Shown here one piece after another: positions 28,478-32,000 of a stretch of 32,000 nucleotides of DNA. The notes under the pieces were generated by a model. The model searched no databases and was not told the origin of the DNA. It worked only from the letters and a program-made list of their open reading frames with translations. Made by a program: the position numbers and the translations under genes. Location of the stretch: positions 143,137 through 175,136 of the forward strand of contig PBAU01000002.1 in the NCBI GenBank assembly GCA_002716355.1, given 5' to 3'. The stretch comes from a bacterium. GTDB lineage: Bacteria; UBP7; UBA6624. Position 1 is the first letter of the stretch, and every line of letters begins with the position of its first letter.

Positions 28478-29633
28478 ATATTTCTCCTCGTGATAGTGAC
28501 ATGTCATTGTTTGTATCAATTTTTTTAAAATTTTCTAAAGACAAACCACTTTCAATTAATGTTATTTTATCGTTGCTGTCTTCATCCATCTTTGCAAAGT
28601 AAAAGATCAATTTTCCTTCTTTGAATTTGTCATATCTTGTAAAATCCATAAAATGTTTTTTGACCTCATTAAATTCAAGTTCAAAGTTTTGGTTTGCATC
28701 CATTGTTTCAAAAATGAAAAGAAAGCCTTCAAGTTCTCCAACCTCAAACAAATCTAATGTTTTTGAATAATCGCTGTCAAAAAGAATAAAAAAAGATTCT
28801 TCTGGAAGCCTGTTTATTCCTAAGCAAAACCTTTTTGCGAAATCGCTATATTCATAATTGCTGATTTCATTGTCTCCATTTTTATCTAAAGCAAGCAATA
28901 TAGGCAACATCTCTGCCGTTGTGGTTTCGAATGGATTAGGCCCGATCGATTCAATTATGCTTTTAAAGATCATTGTTGTTAATTTTGAACCTTTCATCAA
29001 GTATTCTTCAGCTTGGATCTCACCATCCATATTTTTATCGTATTCTTCCAGGTTTCTTGAGGATGGCTTTATTAAATTTGGATAAAGGGACATCAGGTCA
29101 GCATGAAAGAAAGCAAGAGCGTCATCATTGATGCTTTCTGCTGTTTTGCTAATGTCGTATTCGTAAAATGAGATATTTTCATCCATATCAAAATCAATAA
29201 TTGCAAATATTGTCATTGCTTCAGGTAGAAATTGCTCAACTGCTCTCCATTCCTTATATGAAATCAATCCATTTTGATCCTCATCAAGCCAATCTTTAAA
29301 ATTTTTTTGAAATAAGAATTCATTTATGGATATTTTGTTATCTTTGTTCTCATCCATTTCACTGAAACCAAAAGCAAAAACATTTAATTCTTTCTTGGAA
29401 AGGAAACAGTCTTCGTCTTTGTCCTTTCTTATAAAATCTTCCCTAAGAACCTGACTGCTTTCGTCTTCTTTAGGGAAATCACCATCGCATCTATAGAGAT
29501 TTTTGTATGGGTTTAGGTAACCATCAATATTTTGATATTCATAGGATTCTGCTTGTAGTTGCAGTAGTAAAAAAAATATAACCAATATTGAAAGCATGAT
29601 TAGTTTGATTATAAGGTTTGGCAAGGGGGACAA
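28467..29633 (-). CDS. Secreted protein with ten EF-hand calcium-binding loops
   Basis: Ten 12-residue loops fit D-x-[DN]-x-[DNS]-x6-E: DKDEDCFLSKKE, DENKDNKISINE, DEDQNGLISYKE, DFDMDENISFYE, DKNMDGEIQAEE, DKNGDNEISNYE, DSDYSKTLDLFE, DANQNFELEFNE, DEDSNDKITLIE and DTNNDMSLSRGE. The N-terminus is a hydrophobic signal. The start is uncertain (TTG at 29633 or ATG at 29597). Confidence 0.8.
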   Translation of the reverse strand: MSPLPNLIIKLIMLSILVIFFLLLQLQAESYEYQNIDGYLNPYKNLYRCDGDFPKEDESSQVLREDFIRKDKDEDCFLSKKELNVFAFGFSEMDENKDNKISINEFLFQKNFKDWLDEDQNGLISYKEWRAVEQFLPEAMTIFAIIDFDMDENISFYEYDISKTAESINDDALAFFHADLMSLYPNLIKPSSRNLEEYDKNMDGEIQAEEYLMKGSKLTTMIFKSIIESIGPNPFETTTAEMLPILLALDKNGDNEISNYEYSDFAKRFCLGINRLPEESFFILFDSDYSKTLDLFEVGELEGFLFIFETMDANQNFELEFNEVKKHFMDFTRYDKFKEGKLIFYFAKMDEDSNDKITLIESGLSLENFKKIDTNNDMSLSRGEIYGK

Positions 29634-29664
29634 TTGCCCCCTTTGCTTTTTTTAGAAACGCCTT

Positions 29665-30576
29665 TTAGAACTTAAGCGCGAAGCACAAGCTCAAGGTATC
29701 TGTTTCTGTGCCATCTGTATCATCGGTTTCGAAAGCTAATGCAGCGTGAACTGTGTCATTGATTTTTGTTTGAATACCCATAATCATGTTTTTAGTTTCA
29801 TTGCTGTCAGTTGTGTCTTTATTTCTTACAAATAAATTTACCCCATCTGTCATAGCAACAGCAAAGTCAAACCAGTTACCTTCTCTTGTTGTCGTGGTTG
29901 TCGTGCCAGCATCTGTGTTGTCAATTTCACCATCAGCAAAACCATAGCCAAAAGTGAATGATCCTGCGCTGTATGCAAGGTGTCCCAATACGAGAGAAGT
30001 GTTATCATCACTTGCGCCATGAGAACCGCTTTCAGACAATAGGCTGAAAGTTATTGCATCTGAGATTTCATGCTGCATGAATAAGCCAACCACCCCATCT
30101 TCTCCTTCTGGGGAACTTCCGTCTTCTCCACTTGTCATATAGATTTTCATGCCTTTATTGAGCACCCAATCAGTTCCTAGCATAATTCCAGTATCTTGTG
30201 AAGCCATCCATTTTTCAGAATCAGGAGCTGTTTTATATATCCACCTTCTTCCGTTGAATTTTTCTTCAAGAGCATTCCATGGTTTTCTTAGTTGGCCAAA
30301 CGTCAATCTACCTATGTTTGTTTTGGTTGAAACATAGGCATATTTCACATACGGATCCATTAAAGATCGATCAGAAAACTTGCCATCAAAAGTGAGCCTG
30401 AAACTTGTGTCATCACCAACATTGCCTTTCATGTTGATCCTTCCTCTGTTCAGATTCCAACCAATACCAGTATCAGTCACATCCATGTGAAAGAATATTT
30501 CACCGCTTGTTGATGCTGCATTTAGATTTACTGGCATTATTGCTAGGATTGTTGCTATTATTAATAATTTTTTCAT
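29665..30576 (-). CDS. Outer-membrane beta-barrel porin, small OprO/OprP-like
   Basis: It has a signal peptide (MKKLLIIATILAIMPVNLNA), alternating beta-strand amphipathicity and a C-terminal ...ALKF with terminal Phe. NRGRINMKG and VKYAYVS...IGRLTFGQLRKPW resemble the conserved blocks of phosphate-selective porin O/P. AAGGGGGG lies upstream. Confidence 0.7.
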   Translation of the reverse strand: MKKLLIIATILAIMPVNLNAASTSGEIFFHMDVTDTGIGWNLNRGRINMKGNVGDDTSFRLTFDGKFSDRSLMDPYVKYAYVSTKTNIGRLTFGQLRKPWNALEEKFNGRRWIYKTAPDSEKWMASQDTGIMLGTDWVLNKGMKIYMTSGEDGSSPEGEDGVVGLFMQHEISDAITFSLLSESGSHGASDDNTSLVLGHLAYSAGSFTFGYGFADGEIDNTDAGTTTTTTREGNWFDFAVAMTDGVNLFVRNKDTTDSNETKNMIMGIQTKINDTVHAALAFETDDTDGTETDTLSLCFALKF

Positions 30577-30742
30577 ATTTGAAAACCCCCCTTATTGCTT
30601 TAATAGGATTTATTGATCCTCCCAAGTGTGGATTTTATTTTTTTTATGCTTTTGAATTGTTTAAAAAAAGTAAAAATAGGGGTAATTATTTTTTTTGGGA
30701 AGTATTTGTGTTCCCCCAGGTTTATAGTGTTGATATGCTAAT

Positions 30743-31762
30743 TTATTTTTCTATTTTTGAGGTTGTATAAGCAACCATCCCTGGAATGTTGTCCATCGCT
30801 AATGAATATTCTCCCAAATGATCTTTTGTATTTGTTGCAACAATACCATCAGTTTCCAGTATGTCATTGAGTATTTTCAAACCTTCTTCACTGTTGTTTA
30901 GAGACAATAAAGCACGGGTAAGCATTTTTGTCATTCTTTTATCAGTTTTTTCTGGATTAATAACAATTGGGTGACTTGGAACATTACCAAATGCTTCCAA
31001 TTGTTCGAAATTATTTTTGGGCATGCACCAATCTGGAGCGTCTCCTTTTCCGCAATAATCATCCCATGTAGTTGATTTGACAAAAGCGACATCGCCTATG
31101 CCATCAGAAAGACACCTCAATGCTCCTGAATAACCACCATAAATGTCAGAAGAATCAGGAATTATGGCATTGTCAAAAAATGCTTCAATTGTGTATCTAA
31201 GACTTTCAATATCATTTTCATCACCAATAACATCAATAACACCTTGTCCAATCATTGTTCCAATAGGCATAATCATGCCAGCGCTCTTAAGCCATCCGGT
31301 ATGACAGGATATTTTTCCTTTTAGATCAGCATAGGTTTTGATTCCGCTATTTTTCTTCACAATTGCCTGAGCTGTGTAGTATGACTGCCCATTTGATTTA
31401 AGGTCAGCTGCAATTACTTCAAAACCATGTTTTTTCCAGCCCAGCCATCCTGCTCCTCCATCAAGGAAAGCAAGGTGGGCATGCCCGTAATGCAAAGCCT
31501 CAATAGCTGTACTGTGATTCGTAATTGGGTAAATTTCAACTGGCATATCTAAAGCCTGTTCAAGATATTTTGCTAATATTTCAGGATTTGCATCAGGATT
31601 CATGTAGTCATCTTTGATTTCAAAAGCAATGTTAATTACTTCTTCTTTTTCCGTTTTTGTTTTTGGTTCAATGGCTTGGTTGATCTCGTTGTTAGATTTA
31701 TTGTTGACTAAAAATAAGATGAGTGTGATAGCTGTAATCGTAACTATTATTTTGTTTTTCAT
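30743..31762 (-). CDS. Secreted single-lobe transferrin-like (PhnD/transferrin superfamily) binding protein
   Basis: The 339 aa product has a signal peptide. Four blocks align to the human serotransferrin N-lobe:
- AFLDGG vs VTLDAG
- SYYTAQAIVKKNSG...LKGKISCHTGWLKSAGMIMPIG vs FYYAVAVVKKDSG...[22 protein letters not shown]
- GYSGALRCLSDGIGDVAFVK vs [20 protein letters not shown]
- NVPSHPIV vs QVPSHTVV

GGAGGA lies 6 nt upstream of the ATG. Confidence 0.85.
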   Translation of the reverse strand: MKNKIIVTITAITLILFLVNNKSNNEINQAIEPKTKTEKEEVINIAFEIKDDYMNPDANPEILAKYLEQALDMPVEIYPITNHSTAIEALHYGHAHLAFLDGGAGWLGWKKHGFEVIAADLKSNGQSYYTAQAIVKKNSGIKTYADLKGKISCHTGWLKSAGMIMPIGTMIGQGVIDVIGDENDIESLRYTIEAFFDNAIIPDSSDIYGGYSGALRCLSDGIGDVAFVKSTTWDDYCGKGDAPDWCMPKNNFEQLEAFGNVPSHPIVINPEKTDKRMTKMLTRALLSLNNSEEGLKILNDILETDGIVATNTKDHLGEYSLAMDNIPGMVAYTTSKIEK

Positions 31763-31785
31763 TTTTTATCCTCCAGTGTTGGCAG

Positions 31786-31850
31786 AGGGGGGCACTTACT
31801 CCCCCCCTACGTTTAACATTTGTAGGGGGGGCACTTACATCCCCCCTACG
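31786..31850. repeat. Two direct copies of a G6-7/C6-7 hairpin element in the leader of the transferrin-like gene
   Basis: Copy 1 (31786-31811) is aGGGGGGcacttactCCCCCCCtacg. Copy 2 (31824-31850) is aGGGGGGGcacttacatCCCCCCtacg. Each can fold into a 6-7 bp all-G:C stem with an 8-9 nt loop. They lie between the upstream stop (31895) and the Shine-Dalgarno site (31769-31774). Confidence 0.8.
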
Positions 31851-31894
31851 GTTTTAGGAAGTGTGGTTACACACTATTTTTTCAATTTAATGAA

Positions 31895-32000
31895 CTAGCA
31901 TTCAGAACATTCTTTATCTTTCTGCTCGTGACCATGCTCGTGACCATGCTCGTGACCATGCTCGTGACCATGCTCGTGACCATGCTCGTGACCATGCTCG
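31895..32000 (-). CDS. 3' end of a gene encoding a His-rich C-terminal tail, E(HGHE)6-QKDKECSEC (partial; continues beyond the window)
   Basis: The minus-strand frame reads ...EHGHEHGHEHGHEHGHEHGHEHGHEQKDKECSEC, with TAG as the complement of 31895-31897. All three minus frames are open across the repeat. This frame is preferred because His/Glu-rich tails ending in CxxC are a known metal-binding pattern. The alternatives are (MVTS)n and (WSRA)n. Confidence 0.5.
   Translation of the reverse strand, partial: EHGHEHGHEHGHEHGHEHGHEHGHEQKDKECSEC
31924..32000. repeat. Perfect 12-nt tandem repeat (gctcgtgaccat) x6.4, running off the window edge
   Basis: Six identical units occupy 31924-31995, and 5 nt of a seventh follow. 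No substitutions are visible. Confidence 0.95.

Noticed and set aside
29860-29910. Poly-Thr run (TTTTTT) in the porin as a possible slippage or phase-variation tract
   Set aside because: It is encoded by mixed ACN codons (on the + strand, tgttgtcgtggttgtcgtg) rather than a homopolymer or perfect short repeat, so slipped-strand variation is unlikely.
30507-30770. An 87 aa + strand ORF spanning the porin / transferrin-like intergenic region
   Set aside because: It overlaps the 5' end of the porin gene and the 3' end of the transferrin-like gene on the opposite strand. The product is a Leu/Phe homopolymer-like string generated by AT-rich intergenic sequence, and no ribosome-binding site is present.
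31614-31898. A 94 aa + strand ORF covering the start of the transferrin-like gene and the hairpin repeats
   Set aside because: Its repeated GGTY(S/I)PPT segments are simply the translation of the two G/C hairpin copies. It lies antisense to a strong gene start and has no ribosome-binding site.
31851-31910. Possible Fur box upstream of the transferrin-like gene (AT-rich stretch ttaatgaactagcattcagaac)
   Set aside because: Comparison by eye with the GATAATGATAATCATTATC consensus gives too many mismatches to support a call. It would need a position-weight-matrix scan calibrated for this clade.
31924-32000. Possible CRISPR array or other interspaced repeat
   Set aside because: The 12-nt units are directly tandem with no spacers, and no cas genes are present. 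This is a coding microsatellite-like tract, not a CRISPR.
1-32000. Mobile elements, prophage, integrases, tRNA/rRNA genes and toxin-antitoxin or defence systems
   Set aside because: I recognised no transposase, integrase, phage or defence-type motifs in any ORF. Intergenic gaps are at most about 170 nt, and none shows tRNA-like cloverleaf potential by eye. A tRNAscan or Rfam scan would be the definitive check.

Overview
This is a gene-dense (about 95% coding), AT-rich bacterial chromosomal segment. An outer-membrane beta-barrel ending in Phe, a Tat-signal protein and a secreted DsbA-like protein indicate a diderm. I cannot place the taxon from sequence alone.

The left third holds a DNA and RNA housekeeping block on the + strand: RNR alpha (3' end), dcd, ssb, cinA-C, recA, rny and ymdB. 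Next come acs and a gluzincin peptidase on the - strand. A run of tightly packed + strand genes follows, several translationally coupled:
- a ThiO-like oxidoreductase, ispG and an OsmC protein
- a DsbA-YceI fusion and a PGCG-motif membrane protein
- an aminotransferase, an alpha/beta hydrolase and an SDR epimerase
- a csoR-copA copper module with a recognisable CsoR operator, and a GT2 glycosyltransferase
- a DUF1800/DUF1501 pair

The right quarter (about 24.2-32.0 kb, all - strand) is the unusual part. The standout is a secreted protein of 339 aa, the length of a single transferrin lobe, that aligns by eye to the eukaryotic transferrin N-lobe. All four Fe(III) ligands, the carbonate-binding Thr/SAG helix cap and one conserved disulfide pair are retained. 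The neighbouring genes are:
- upstream, a gene ending in a perfect (HGHE)6 repeat, then two G6-7/C6-7 hairpin repeats
- downstream, a small OprO/P-like porin, a protein with ten EF-hands and an M28 peptidase
- further downstream, an EF-G paralogue lacking the catalytic His and the NKxD motif, 4-nt overlapped with an esterase

I recognised no rRNA, tRNA, CRISPR array, transposase or integrase. All homology calls come from motif recognition by eye, not from searches.
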